From: a virus
Taxonomy: Duplodnaviria; Caudoviricetes
Strand: one strand, 5' to 3'
Virus record (IMG/VR): IMGVR_UViG_3300048861_000178
Coordinates: 32,001 to 96,000 of that record
DNA length: 64,000 bases
The position numbers and the translations under genes are program-made. This document shows positions 37,022 to 46,503 of the stretch, one piece after another. The notes under the pieces are model-generated. The model ran no database searches. It was not told the DNA's origin and saw only the letters and a list, made by a program, of their open reading frames with translations. Numbering within the stretch: the first letter of the stretch is position 1; each line of letters opens with the position of its first letter.

Positions 37022-38902
37022 ATGACTAAGCTTGTCATCATCGCTGCGCGCGACCGTAACAGTGTAATTGGTTTGAACAACCAACTTCCCTGGCACCTGC
37101 CGGAGGACTTGGCGTACTTTAAGCGCATCACGACGGGCAAACCCGTCATCATGGGGCGCAAGACGCACGAGTCCATCGGCTTCGCTTTGCCGGGTCGCGA
37201 GAACATTATCGTGACCACCAAAGCGACCGCGCAGTTTAGAGGGTGTCTGACCGCAGGCTCGCTCGAAGCCGCGATCGAGTACTGTAAGTACCGCGGTGAG
37301 GAAGAGATGTTTCTCATCGGCGGCGCAACCCTCTATGAACAAGCTTTACCCAAAGCCGACAAACTGCTCATCACCGAGATTGATCGAGAGTTTGAAGGTG
37401 ATGCGTTCTTTCCAGCCATTTCTTCGACCAAGTGGGCTGAGACCCGGCGCGAAGATCACACCTCGGGCATTCACGGCATCAAGTACAGTTTCGTCACTTA
37501 CGAGCCTGTCGATGTAGTGCAGGAGCGTGAGCGGGCGGAACAGGCGAAGCGTTTGCTTTCACCCCAAGAGCGCTGGACGAGTGAGTTTCTCGCCCAGATG
37601 CTTTCCCATCGATCGATTCACAAAAACAAAGGAACCACGATGAAGACCTATAAACACCCCGGACACATCCTTGCTATCGACAAGGACTTCACGGACAACT
37701 TGCCTGGCATGGGACTCACGCACGGCCTCACGCGCCTAAGCGCCGAGGAGTACAAGACGTGGCTCTCGATCGTCGGCGCAGAGACGGTCATCCGTCAGCG
37801 CGATGGCTTGGAAGCCAATCCGTTCTATCGTCAGCTGCTGCCGTATTCGCCAGTCGTGTTTCAGGACGACGAAGCTTTCCGCCAGGGCTTGCCGATTAAC
37901 TGGGAAACCGACGAGCTCTCTTCGTATCAGCGCACCAAGAAGGTCGGCGAAGAGCGACTCGGCGGCAAGTTCTCGGTGGGCTACGGTGGGCACGTCGACT
38001 ATCTGGACGTCAAAGTGAACGACCAGTCAGTGCTCGACACCGAAACGACCATCAACACCAACCTGCAACGCGAAGTCGCAGGCGAAGAACTCATTTTTGT
38101 CGACGCCGACGGCCTCACCGCCACCCCGCTCAATACGCCGTCGCTGTTTCGCTTCGAACACCTGGGCTTCATCCGTGACGACAGCGATAACGTCGGCAAG
38201 GTGCACTTGGGTCTCGTGAACCTGATCGTCGTGCCCAAGTCGCTCAAGGCGCGTGTGGCCGAAGAAGAACTGAAGGACGGCCCGCGTGGCACGGTCAAGG
38301 AACTGCTCGCTGCTGGCCTGAAGTTCGAGAACTGGTCGCGCATCGTGCTCGAAGCACTGGCAGGTGTGGAATCGACGGTGCAGCCCGCGCAAGTTCGTCC
38401 GTCGATCTTCGATCCGGTCACCCACCAGTATTACATCGAAGCGAAGGAAGACGACAAGATCACCGAACTGGCGATCGAGTTCCACACCACAGTCGCTCAG
38501 CTGCGCCGAATGAACCTGCATCTGCTGGGTACCGGTCCGATTCCGGCAGGCTTGCGCGTGAACGTGCCGCAGCCGGATGACGAACTGCCGATGGTGTCAG
38601 CCCCGCATGTGACGCTCGAAGCCATCAGCAATGTCACCAACATCGAAGACGCACGCGCGCGCATGACGGTCAAGGTGCTGCAGATGGTGCTGTCGCTCAC
38701 CGGTGACGATCTGGCCGATCACTCGATGCGTTACTACGTGACCGAAGACATGGCCGCTCGCCTGCTCAAGCTCGACGAACGTGTCCAGGCACTGATCGAC
38801 GCGAAGGTGGTGATCGTCGTGGCGGCGGATACGCCGGTGGTGATCAATGGGAACCTGAATATCTCGGGGGACCTCATCGGCGCTGACGAGCCGACGCTGT
38901 AA
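37022..38902 (+). CDS. folA: dihydrofolate reductase fused to Nudix-like phosphoesterase and LysM-like domains
   Basis: DHFR: VIG..NQLPWHLPEDL.YFK..T.GKPVIMGRKT.ES, IGGA, GDAFFP. Nudix-like: RQLLPY, SVGYGGHVD, REVAGEE, VGKVHLG, ENWS. LysM-like at about 38429-38570. Confidence 0.85.
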   Translation: MTKLVIIAARDRNSVIGLNNQLPWHLPEDLAYFKRITTGKPVIMGRKTHESIGFALPGRENIIVTTKATAQFRGCLTAGSLEAAIEYCKYRGEEEMFLIGGATLYEQALPKADKLLITEIDREFEGDAFFPAISSTKWAETRREDHTSGIHGIKYSFVTYEPVDVVQERERAEQAKRLLSPQERWTSEFLAQMLSHRSIHKNKGTTMKTYKHPGHILAIDKDFTDNLPGMGLTHGLTRLSAEEYKTWLSIVGAETVIRQRDGLEANPFYRQLLPYSPVVFQDDEAFRQGLPINWETDELSSYQRTKKVGEERLGGKFSVGYGGHVDYLDVKVNDQSVLDTETTINTNLQREVAGEELIFVDADGLTATPLNTPSLFRFEHLGFIRDDSDNVGKVHLGLVNLIVVPKSLKARVAEEELKDGPRGTVKELLAAGLKFENWSRIVLEALAGVESTVQPAQVRPSIFDPVTHQYYIEAKEDDKITELAIEFHTTVAQLRRMNLHLLGTGPIPAGLRVNVPQPDDELPMVSAPHVTLEAISNVTNIEDARARMTVKVLQMVLSLTGDDLADHSMRYYVTEDMAARLLKLDERVQALIDAKVVIVVAADTPVVINGNLNISGDLIGADEPTL

Positions 38903-38970
38903 CATGCCGGGACACTGTTGTATGTCTATGCAGTGTCCCATCTACCTTAACAGCAAGGATTGTAGTAGCA

Positions 38971-39297
38971 ATGAGCGAAATCATCAAAAACGCTTCTGAC
39001 GCAACGTTCGAAGCAGACGTAGTGCAGTCGTCCAAGCCGGTTCTCGTCGACTTCTGGGCACCCTGGTGCGGTCCGTGCAAGACGCTGGTCCCCACGCTTG
39101 CGGACATCGCGCCCGAGTACGCTGAGAAGCTGCAGATCGTGAAAGTGAACGTCGACGAAAACGATGCGATCCCGACCAAGCTCGGCGTGCGCGGTATTCC
39201 CGCACTCTTCATCTACAAGGACGGCGCCATCGTTGCGCAGAAAGCCGGTGCGCTCTCGAAGCAGGCGTTGAAGGCCTGGCTCGATCAGCACGTCTAA
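38971..39297 (+). CDS. trxA: thioredoxin
   Basis: VLVDFWAPWCGPCK, GVRGIP, 108 aa. Confidence 0.97.
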   Translation: MSEIIKNASDATFEADVVQSSKPVLVDFWAPWCGPCKTLVPTLADIAPEYAEKLQIVKVNVDENDAIPTKLGVRGIPALFIYKDGAIVAQKAGALSKQALKAWLDQHV

Positions 39298-39339
39298 CCC
39301 GACATCGTGGGGACCTCGCTTTGACGGGCGAGGCTTTTC

Positions 39340-39373
39340 GAGACCAGCTTCGGCTGGTCTCTTTTTTATGCCG
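39340..39373 (+). terminator. intrinsic terminator followed by TTATGCCG
   Basis: GAGACCAGC-TTCG-GCTGGTCTC-TTTTTTATGCCG. Confidence 0.85.
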
Positions 39374-39396
39374 TTGCCCCATTGATTGGACTTAGA

Positions 39397-39516
39397 ATGC
39401 CGCTGGTGGCGTTTCCGAATAAGCCCGTCGTAGAAATCGAACCGCTGTTGGTGGCTGCGGAGCCGCCTACATTGCTGCGTACGGTTTTTGCGTTCATTCA
39501 AGATAGCAAGGAGTAA
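39397..39516 (+). CDS. possible 39-aa peptide (not in ORF track)
   Basis: MPLVAFPNKPVVEIEPLL...; fills the gap and stops 3 nt before the next ATG. Confidence 0.35.
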   Translation: MPLVAFPNKPVVEIEPLLVAAEPPTLLRTVFAFIQDSKE

Positions 39517-39519
39517 AGC

Positions 39520-39966
39520 ATGACCGAATTGGTGCGTAAGGAAGATGGTTCGCTCGAAGTGGTGGTGAAGGTACTGGGAGAGCCGGATCAGCTGGGTCGA
39601 GTCTGGAACCCCGAAGCCATGGCCAAAGCCGTGGAGAAGTTCAATGCCCGCGTCGAACGCGGTTGCGCGCATGGGGAGTTGGGTCAACCCGCGCGTTATG
39701 CAGGTCAGTCCCACGAGCAATACAAGGAACGCTGTCAGACCGTGGAGATGGGGAACACCTGCTGTCAAATTACCGGCGTGAAGATCGAAGAGAACAAGGT
39801 GGTTGCCTGCATGAAGCCCGCGGGGCGTTGGAAGGGCTCGCTTGAGCAACTGCTGGAAGATGACGTCCCTGTCACGCTGGGGATTCGCGCAATGTGCGAC
39901 ATTAAAGCGGATGGGGAAGTCAAGGTGAAAGACATCGTCACCTTCGATGTGATCTCACCGACCTGA
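39520..39966 (+). CDS. prohead-protease-like protein, probably inactive
   Basis: AHGELGQP, TLGIRAM and IVTFDVI parallel T4 gp21-type GELNHP, VSSRG and D motifs, with His and Ser replaced. Confidence 0.65.
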   Translation: MTELVRKEDGSLEVVVKVLGEPDQLGRVWNPEAMAKAVEKFNARVERGCAHGELGQPARYAGQSHEQYKERCQTVEMGNTCCQITGVKIEENKVVACMKPAGRWKGSLEQLLEDDVPVTLGIRAMCDIKADGEVKVKDIVTFDVISPT

Positions 39967-39999
39967 ATCAACCCACATTTCTAAAAACGAGGAATCACC

Positions 40000-40887
40000 A
40001 TGTTCTACACAACTGAGGAAATCCGTCAGACGCTGCTGGCTGATCCGCAATCGTACTTCAGTGTCGCGGTTGCGTTTGCCAAAGAAGAACTGGCTAAGGC
40101 AGGTCATCCGGACCATGAGCCGCACGTTCCGCTCACGGAGTGCTGCTACCACTACATGACGACCAACGAGCAAGGTAACCCGATGGTGATGGGTATCCCG
40201 TGCTGGTTGTACGCGATGCGGGAAAGCGAGGGTGAAAAGATGTTGGCCACTTTCGCGGTCTGGACGGATGTGGCGGATGTAAGCGTGGTGATTCCCGAGA
40301 TTGAAGTGGTGGGTTTTTATGCCGAGAACGCTGTCGGCGAACGCGATCACAGCCGCATGCTCTTCTGTAAGCAGGAGGAGTTTGCAGCGATTCGTCAGAT
40401 CCTGCAGATCGTGCCGGTCAACAAGAAGACCAACCATCTGTCGCTCGTGGTGGATAACGTCAATACGGTCGAAGCGCTGGCGGCCTCGCTCACGACGGAT
40501 GAGACCGTAAATCTCTCCGACACATTGACGCTCGACTACGCGAAGCTCATCGAGCAGTTGGAACTGCATGTCTCGACCAACGTGATGCCGTCGGCAAAAA
40601 CGACTCACTATCGTCATCATGGGGCGATTGCCGTGAAGGCGGAAGACGACGGTCACTTCCTGCGGATTTTGCGCGATCGTGCGAAGAGCGGCTTCTACTA
40701 TCGTGACGCTTTGCGGCGTGGCGAAACCTACGCAGTAATCGCGCTGCGTGAGTATGTTTTCATAGTGGGATTGCGGTCACACTTTGCCATCTGGTCGCCA
40801 ATCGCTGGGGATCGCTTTTACGACATGCATGAGCAGACTTTCACCGTGTTGCGTGAGCCGTTCGTGAAGATCCTGCAGTCACTCTAA
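40000..40887 (+). CDS. hypothetical protein
   Basis: GAGGA RBS, 295 aa. Confidence 0.65.
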   Translation: MFYTTEEIRQTLLADPQSYFSVAVAFAKEELAKAGHPDHEPHVPLTECCYHYMTTNEQGNPMVMGIPCWLYAMRESEGEKMLATFAVWTDVADVSVVIPEIEVVGFYAENAVGERDHSRMLFCKQEEFAAIRQILQIVPVNKKTNHLSLVVDNVNTVEALAASLTTDETVNLSDTLTLDYAKLIEQLELHVSTNVMPSAKTTHYRHHGAIAVKAEDDGHFLRILRDRAKSGFYYRDALRRGETYAVIALREYVFIVGLRSHFAIWSPIAGDRFYDMHEQTFTVLREPFVKILQSL

Positions 40888-40902
40888 ACAAGGAAACCCG
40901 GA

Positions 40903-41490
40903 ATGAAGACTCAAGAAGAGTTGCAAGCCATCGTGAACCAGCTTCGCGAAGTCTGCAATTTGCACGGCGTGGTACTGTTGCCCGCGCCGGATCAGGAAGC
41001 AGGGGGTTTTGAGATCCTACTGGTGGAGTCGAAAGACATCGCCCAGCTCGATCCGCACTGCATTTACTTTGGCGGTGAAGTCTCGCCCGAGAAGCTCACC
41101 CTTACCAATAAGGTGCTGGACCACTCGCACCGGGTGGACGGCAGTGACAAATCCCTCGATCGGTTTGCCATCAAGGGTATTGGGGACGTGGCAGGGCACA
41201 CCAAGCCGCGTATCGTGGTGTCGGAGTATCACGAGGGCGACACCGATCTCTTTAAGGGCGCAGTGAACGCGGTGGACGTGGAGTCGCTCAGCGACGTCGA
41301 GGACATCCTGTTTGTCAAGCATGCTCGCCTCGGGATCGGCTTCACGCATTTCAGTATCGAGCTCTCGCACGGTCCCTTCGGTGTGCTGGTCGCCCATTAC
41401 CAGGACAGCAAGCCCCTCACCGTCGGCTTTATCGAAGGGGCTCCGGAGGAAGACCTCAAGAAGCACTGGCCGGAGCAACCCAATGCCTAA
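40903..41490 (+). CDS. hypothetical protein
   Basis: AAGGA RBS, 195 aa. Confidence 0.65.
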   Translation: MKTQEELQAIVNQLREVCNLHGVVLLPAPDQEAGGFEILLVESKDIAQLDPHCIYFGGEVSPEKLTLTNKVLDHSHRVDGSDKSLDRFAIKGIGDVAGHTKPRIVVSEYHEGDTDLFKGAVNAVDVESLSDVEDILFVKHARLGIGFTHFSIELSHGPFGVLVAHYQDSKPLTVGFIEGAPEEDLKKHWPEQPNA

Positions 41491-41896
41491 GATGGTTGAC
41501 GCACTTCTGCCTGAGGGCTTCGATCCCAAACGGTACGTGAAGCATGCGGCTGATACGGAGGCCGTACGCTCTCACGTTCAGCGTTTGCAGACGATGCTGT
41601 TGGAAAAGGATGTCGGCAATAAAGGCTCAGGTCTTGCCTGTGAGCAAGCCATCCTGATCGGCACCCATCAGCATTACAAGGGCGGCATCTATCAGGTGCT
41701 CTTCGAGTGCCCCCATTCGGAGAGCGGTGAAATGCTGGTGGTTCGCAAGCATCTGTGGCCGTACGACTTTTCGATCATGGCGGTGCCGAAGGAGGTCTTC
41801 TTGCAAGACATTGCTCTAGGTGTCCCGCGCTACCGCGTCATCACGGCAGCCGAGAAGGACCACGCCGAAGAGCAACTGAAGAAGAAGTACGCTTAG
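41483..41896 (+). CDS. DUF1653-like protein
   Basis: GTHQHYKGGIYQVL...HSESGEMLVV motif; start at ATG 41483. Confidence 0.75.
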   Translation: MPKMVDALLPEGFDPKRYVKHAADTEAVRSHVQRLQTMLLEKDVGNKGSGLACEQAILIGTHQHYKGGIYQVLFECPHSESGEMLVVRKHLWPYDFSIMAVPKEVFLQDIALGVPRYRVITAAEKDHAEEQLKKKYA

Positions 41897-41897
41897 G

Positions 41898-41935
41898 CGG
41901 CATAAGCGGGGCTTAGACCACCCCGCTTTTCTTTT
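41898..41935 (+). terminator. terminator preceded by CGGCATAA
   Basis: AAGCGGGG..CCCCGCTT then TTCTTTT. Confidence 0.7.
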
Positions 41936-41952
41936 AATGTAGGGGAATAAAA

Positions 41953-43368
41953 ATGAACTACCTCACGAATCTCTGGTTGGCGTTTAACGCTTACTCACAT
42001 TCGAATCCCATGATTGCGGGGGCAGTCTCACTGTGGGGTTTAGGCCTCGTCACCTGGGTCTTTCGCAAGATCCCGATGAAGCTCATCAGCAAGATTCACG
42101 GCCAGATCACCACCACGCTCACCTTCGACAATACGGAGCTGGGCTGGGCACGGGAGAATTATGCAAGCTTCATGGAGTGGTTCATGCGCAACCGCTTCTC
42201 GCACTATTCGCGTAACCTCTCGCTGCAAAGCTACGGCGCACAGTTCTTCGAACGCCATACTGCTCAGGGCGGCGATCGCAATGCGGCCGATTTGGCCATC
42301 GGTGACGGCAACCACTTTTTTTTGTACAAACGACGCCTGTTTCTGATGAATCGGCGCACCGTCGAAAAGCAAGGGCGAGACAACATCATCTATCTCGTCA
42401 CGCTCACGATGTTTGGTCGCAACAAAGCGATCATGCAACAGCTCGTGGATGAGTTTTGCCACAAGTTCCCGGAGAACAAGCTGAAGCTGATGCGCTTTAA
42501 GAGCAATTACTGGGCCGATTATGCGATGCTCGATCGACGGGAACTGAAAACCGTCATCATCGAGAAGACACTGAAGCAGTCGCTGGTGAAAGCCATCGAA
42601 GACTTTCAGAAAAGCGAAGACTGGTATCTCTCACGGGGTCTGCCCTGGAAGAAAACCTTCGTGCTACATGGTAAGCCTGGCACCGGTAAAACCAGCCTTA
42701 TCAAGGCGCTGGCCAGTCACTTCAACCTGAACGTGTGTCGGCTCAATCTGAATTCACTGAGCGACGCCATGCTCGAAGAGGCGCTCGCGAACCTGCCCGG
42801 TAATTCCATTCTGGTGATCGAAGACTTCGATTCGGCAAAAGCTACGCGCATGCGCCATGCCATGAAGAAGAATGAGGCCATGCAGGCTCACACAGTGAAG
42901 CTCGATAGCAGTGGTAAACCCGACTTGGAGTTGACCATCAACGCGATCCCGTCAAGCCGGGATGAACCGGTTGATCCGATGGCGAAGCTCATGGAGAACA
43001 TGGAACCCTTGACGCTCTCGGGGATTCTGAATGCACTCGATGGGATTGCCTCACTGCATGGCACGTTGATCTTCCTCACGACGAATACGCTGCAGGACAT
43101 TGATCCGGCCGTGATTCGTAAAGGTCGCGTGGATCACATCTTCGAGATCAAGCCGCTCGGCCACGCAGAAGTGCTCGACTACATCGCCCTGATGTATCCG
43201 GACGAAGTCGTACCCGACGTGCAGTTTCGCACCATTCTCGGGTGTGACTTGCAGGCGCTTTACTTTGAGCGCCATGAGAGCTTCACGGCGTTCATCGACG
43301 CCATTCCGAAAATCAACGATCTGGAAGACACCATTCGCCAGATCGACACTCTGATTAAAGCTGCTTAA
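41953..43368 (+). CDS. BCS1-like membrane-anchored AAA ATPase
   Basis: N-terminal TM; WY..RGLPWK..LHGKPGTGKTS, VIEDFD, TLSGILNALDG, TTN..IDPAVIRKGRVD. Confidence 0.85.
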   Translation: MNYLTNLWLAFNAYSHSNPMIAGAVSLWGLGLVTWVFRKIPMKLISKIHGQITTTLTFDNTELGWARENYASFMEWFMRNRFSHYSRNLSLQSYGAQFFERHTAQGGDRNAADLAIGDGNHFFLYKRRLFLMNRRTVEKQGRDNIIYLVTLTMFGRNKAIMQQLVDEFCHKFPENKLKLMRFKSNYWADYAMLDRRELKTVIIEKTLKQSLVKAIEDFQKSEDWYLSRGLPWKKTFVLHGKPGTGKTSLIKALASHFNLNVCRLNLNSLSDAMLEEALANLPGNSILVIEDFDSAKATRMRHAMKKNEAMQAHTVKLDSSGKPDLELTINAIPSSRDEPVDPMAKLMENMEPLTLSGILNALDGIASLHGTLIFLTTNTLQDIDPAVIRKGRVDHIFEIKPLGHAEVLDYIALMYPDEVVPDVQFRTILGCDLQALYFERHESFTAFIDAIPKINDLEDTIRQIDTLIKAA

Positions 43369-43390
43369 GAACAACAGGAACAAAAAGAAA

Positions 43391-44155
43391 ATGGATAGTC
43401 GTCCGCGCGTTATTTGTGGTTTCCCTGGCGTGGGTAAAACCACCCTGTTTAACAAACTGCGTCACTCCGGGATTTTGATCCACGACTCCGACAGCAGCCA
43501 GTTCAACAAGGACCAGTTCCCCGAGAACTACATCGCCCATATCCAAGCCTGCCTCGCAGCGGGCGCCTGGGTACTTTGTTCGACGCACACGGTTGTGCGT
43601 GAAGCGCTGGCGAAAGCCGGGATCAGTTACGCCATTGCGGCACCCGCGCACAAGTACTTGAAGGACGAGTACATGGCGCGTTATCGGGAACGTGGCTCCC
43701 CGGAGGGCTTTCTTAAGCTGATGGACGCGAAGTGGGACGAGTTCATGGATGACGTGTGGGTCAATGACAAGCACGGCATGCATATCGGCCTGAGTGAAGG
43801 CGAGTATCTGGAGCTCATTGCCAAGGACATCCTCAAAAGCGATGAAGGCATGCGCTTTAAGGTCTTCCACAACCCGCTGAATTCGAAAGAAGCCTTGCGG
43901 GTGGGGCAGCCGTACTTCACTACCGAAATGCTGAACGGCTTTCAAGCTGGTCTCATCTGGGCCGAGCTGCTCGAAGCCAAAGCACAAGGCTGGATCAACC
44001 CAGCCCAAAGCGCACAGTACTCCGTGCGCGCGGACGCGCATCGGATCTACACGGACATCGCCGCGGCGCTTTCATTGGACCTGGATGTCAAGGTCTCGAT
44101 GAACCCGCAGGCGATCGATCTCACGTTCCGACCCCGTCTGAAGGTGCCAGCATGA
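43391..44155 (+). CDS. P-loop kinase/NTPase-like protein
   Basis: VICGFPGVGKTT Walker A, DSDSS motif. Confidence 0.7.
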   Translation: MDSRPRVICGFPGVGKTTLFNKLRHSGILIHDSDSSQFNKDQFPENYIAHIQACLAAGAWVLCSTHTVVREALAKAGISYAIAAPAHKYLKDEYMARYRERGSPEGFLKLMDAKWDEFMDDVWVNDKHGMHIGLSEGEYLELIAKDILKSDEGMRFKVFHNPLNSKEALRVGQPYFTTEMLNGFQAGLIWAELLEAKAQGWINPAQSAQYSVRADAHRIYTDIAAALSLDLDVKVSMNPQAIDLTFRPRLKVPA

Positions 44156-44535
44156 GGACCGCGTTCTTTGCTCGTATCTTGAACCGCAGTTTCGATCCGG
44201 TGCGTGACTGTGGGGTGTACCGCAATAAAGCCGAAGGCGGCTGCGTGCATGTAGATGGCATGCTCTGCGAGGAATCTTGCTCGATGCGTCAAGAGTACGC
44301 TGACGTGCGAGCCAAAGTGCCGGTACTGGAGGCATCCGGGGATAACCCGATCGTCTATCAGTACCGGCATTATGAAGCAAGTCCATACGTTGCCGAAGCT
44401 AGTCGGGGTTGGCAAGCGTGGAAGACTTGCGATGAACAAGAATTAGTCGACATTCGCACGTATATCTCCCGTGGTCTCAAATATCAGATCCGGATTCTGC
44501 GTGAAAGTCGCGTGGAGGGCTTCAGCCCCTCCTGA
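44152..44535 (+). CDS. Cys-rich hypothetical protein
   Basis: ATGA overlap; DPVRDC..GCVHVDGMLC..C. Confidence 0.6.
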   Translation: MRTAFFARILNRSFDPVRDCGVYRNKAEGGCVHVDGMLCEESCSMRQEYADVRAKVPVLEASGDNPIVYQYRHYEASPYVAEASRGWQAWKTCDEQELVDIRTYISRGLKYQIRILRESRVEGFSPS

Positions 44536-44550
44536 GCATTGGGATTTAAC

Positions 44551-44889
44551 ATGAGTGAGCATAACGCAGTAGTGTATCTGGGCCGGGGTAACCTGAACAT
44601 CCTCCAGCAGACCAACGATGCCGGGACCGATTACACGGACTCGATCGCCAAGCTGGAAGTCGTGGGCGTGAGTGGCGGGCATCAGCCGATCAGCACGGAG
44701 CGCATGACCGCGATGCATTCCACGACCATCATGTTTCGCACTGGCCATCGTCATCGGGGTACGGTGACAGTCGACCACCAGATCGGCGATGTGGTGGTGC
44801 AAGGCGATGACTTGAGTGGGTTGGACGACGTGTGTCTGCATTTGCGCGTCGTGCGTCAGAACCTGAACAAGCGTCGTAAGGCCGCATGA
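44551..44889 (+). CDS. hypothetical protein
   Basis: Operonic ORF, ATG 44551. Confidence 0.55.
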   Translation: MSEHNAVVYLGRGNLNILQQTNDAGTDYTDSIAKLEVVGVSGGHQPISTERMTAMHSTTIMFRTGHRHRGTVTVDHQIGDVVVQGDDLSGLDDVCLHLRVVRQNLNKRRKAA

Positions 44890-45050
44890 AGACCTGCTTC
44901 TCGGTTAACATGCGCGTCAAGCGGCTGCGGCAGGCAGGATCGCGTCGGATTAAGATTGCGATCCGTCAACTCAGCCAAGAGGCGCTCACGGAGGATGAAA
45001 TTGTCCGTGCTGTGAAGCGCCTTCAACAACAGATCAAGAACAGGAAATAG
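44886..45050 (+). CDS. 54-aa basic protein (not in ORF track)
   Basis: ATGA overlap; stop 2 nt before the next ATG. Confidence 0.5.
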   Translation: MKTCFSVNMRVKRLRQAGSRRIKIAIRQLSQEALTEDEIVRAVKRLQQQIKNRK

Positions 45051-45052
45051 CG

Positions 45053-45856
45053 ATGGCAGTAGATGAAAACGTGCTGGCTCACTTGGAAGCCATCAGTCGG
45101 AAATACGACGTGACCATCCTGCATGCGGTGGAAGTAGGTAGCCGTACGTGGGGACTGGCCAACGAGCACAGTGACCACGATATCGGGTTCATCTACGTGC
45201 GTCCTAAACACACGTACTTCCAGATCAACCAGGGTCACCGTGACCCGTCGTTGCTGGAAAACCGTGACACGATCGAATTCAAGGTAGACGGCTTCGGCGA
45301 CCTGAATGGCTTTGACATCGAGAAGGCGACCACCATGGCGTACAACTCGAATCCGGCCATCGTCGATTGGCTCCGTCTGCCCGAGTATTACACGACAGAC
45401 AACATGCCCGAGCTGCGTGAACTGATGTGGAAAGGATTTTCGACGCTCAAGCTGCGTCAGCACAACGTCTCGACCTTGCGTCGCAATTACAAGACCTACG
45501 TCGAACCGCGCCCCACCGTCTCGGTGAAGAAGTACTTGCACACCGTACGGCCGTTGCTGAATGCGATCTGGTTCGAACGCACCGCGAGCCTCGAGCTCGG
45601 TACGGAATGCCCGCCGGTGAATTACCTGGCACTCTGTAATGTGGCGGCGTACAACCACGACCTGCTCGAAGGCTGCATGCAGCTGCTGCACCTGAAGCTT
45701 AAGGGCGAAGAGCGTGTGCAACGTATCTCAGGCATCGACCGTGTGATTGAGAAGATGCTGGAAACCCGCGAGATCCCCCAGGGTCTCACCCGTATAGCCC
45801 CGGACATTGTCCAGTACGATCGTTTCTTTGCGGACGTTGTCCTCCAACAGAACTGA
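45053..45856 (+). CDS. Pol-beta-family nucleotidyltransferase (RlaP/YcgL-like)
   Basis: AVEVGSRTWGLA...SDHDIGFIY, SNP.IVDWL, VKKYLH.VRPLL. Confidence 0.85.
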   Translation: MAVDENVLAHLEAISRKYDVTILHAVEVGSRTWGLANEHSDHDIGFIYVRPKHTYFQINQGHRDPSLLENRDTIEFKVDGFGDLNGFDIEKATTMAYNSNPAIVDWLRLPEYYTTDNMPELRELMWKGFSTLKLRQHNVSTLRRNYKTYVEPRPTVSVKKYLHTVRPLLNAIWFERTASLELGTECPPVNYLALCNVAAYNHDLLEGCMQLLHLKLKGEERVQRISGIDRVIEKMLETREIPQGLTRIAPDIVQYDRFFADVVLQQN

Positions 45857-45858
45857 TC

Positions 45859-46092
45859 ATGAAACTGAGCGAAGCACTAAGCGTCATTCGACGCCATGGA
45901 CGTGGAATCGCCATCTGTCAGAACGGTCGCGATGAGCATCACGTCCAGTATAGCTACGACCGCCATTTGCGGCTTACGTGGCAAGCAGGTAGCACTGCGG
46001 GCGGGCTGGTGACGGGTAGTCTCATCCCGGATATGAATAGCGAGGGCTGGCAAGTGTTTGCTAGTCTGTACTCGCAGACCCAACTATCGTGA
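45859..46092 (+). CDS. hypothetical protein
   Basis: Operonic spacing. Confidence 0.5.
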   Translation: MKLSEALSVIRRHGRGIAICQNGRDEHHVQYSYDRHLRLTWQAGSTAGGLVTGSLIPDMNSEGWQVFASLYSQTQLS

Positions 46093-46101
46093 GGACGCAG
46101 C

Positions 46102-46503
46102 ATGATCAAGATCAACATCGAACATGGCGACGCCGGTGTGGCCGCTGCAATCGCAGGTATCGTCGACAAGGCATTGGCTGAACACGGTTTCACCAATGTG
46201 AAGGGCAGGATAGTGATGGTCCATCAGGAAGTCAAGCGCGGCGCCGCAGGCAATGTCGTGCCCAGCTTCGGTAAGGTCAATCAGCTTTCCCCGCTGGTAG
46301 ATCCTGCTATCGAACTTCGACCGAAGATGTATTCGACCGAACTGATGGAAGCCCGTATTGCCTACGGCTACCCCGTCGTGGTCGACTGGATGAAGGAAGA
46401 TCGTCCCGACGTCTTCGCCTCCCCGGTACTGATCGATACTGGCATCGAACCCACACCGTATCAAGAACAACTGAAAGCCTTCAAGGAAAGCCATGACTGG
46501 TAA
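46102..46503 (+). CDS. hypothetical protein
   Basis: GAGGA RBS. Confidence 0.65.
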   Translation: MIKINIEHGDAGVAAAIAGIVDKALAEHGFTNVKGRIVMVHQEVKRGAAGNVVPSFGKVNQLSPLVDPAIELRPKMYSTELMEARIAYGYPVVVDWMKEDRPDVFASPVLIDTGIEPTPYQEQLKAFKESHDW

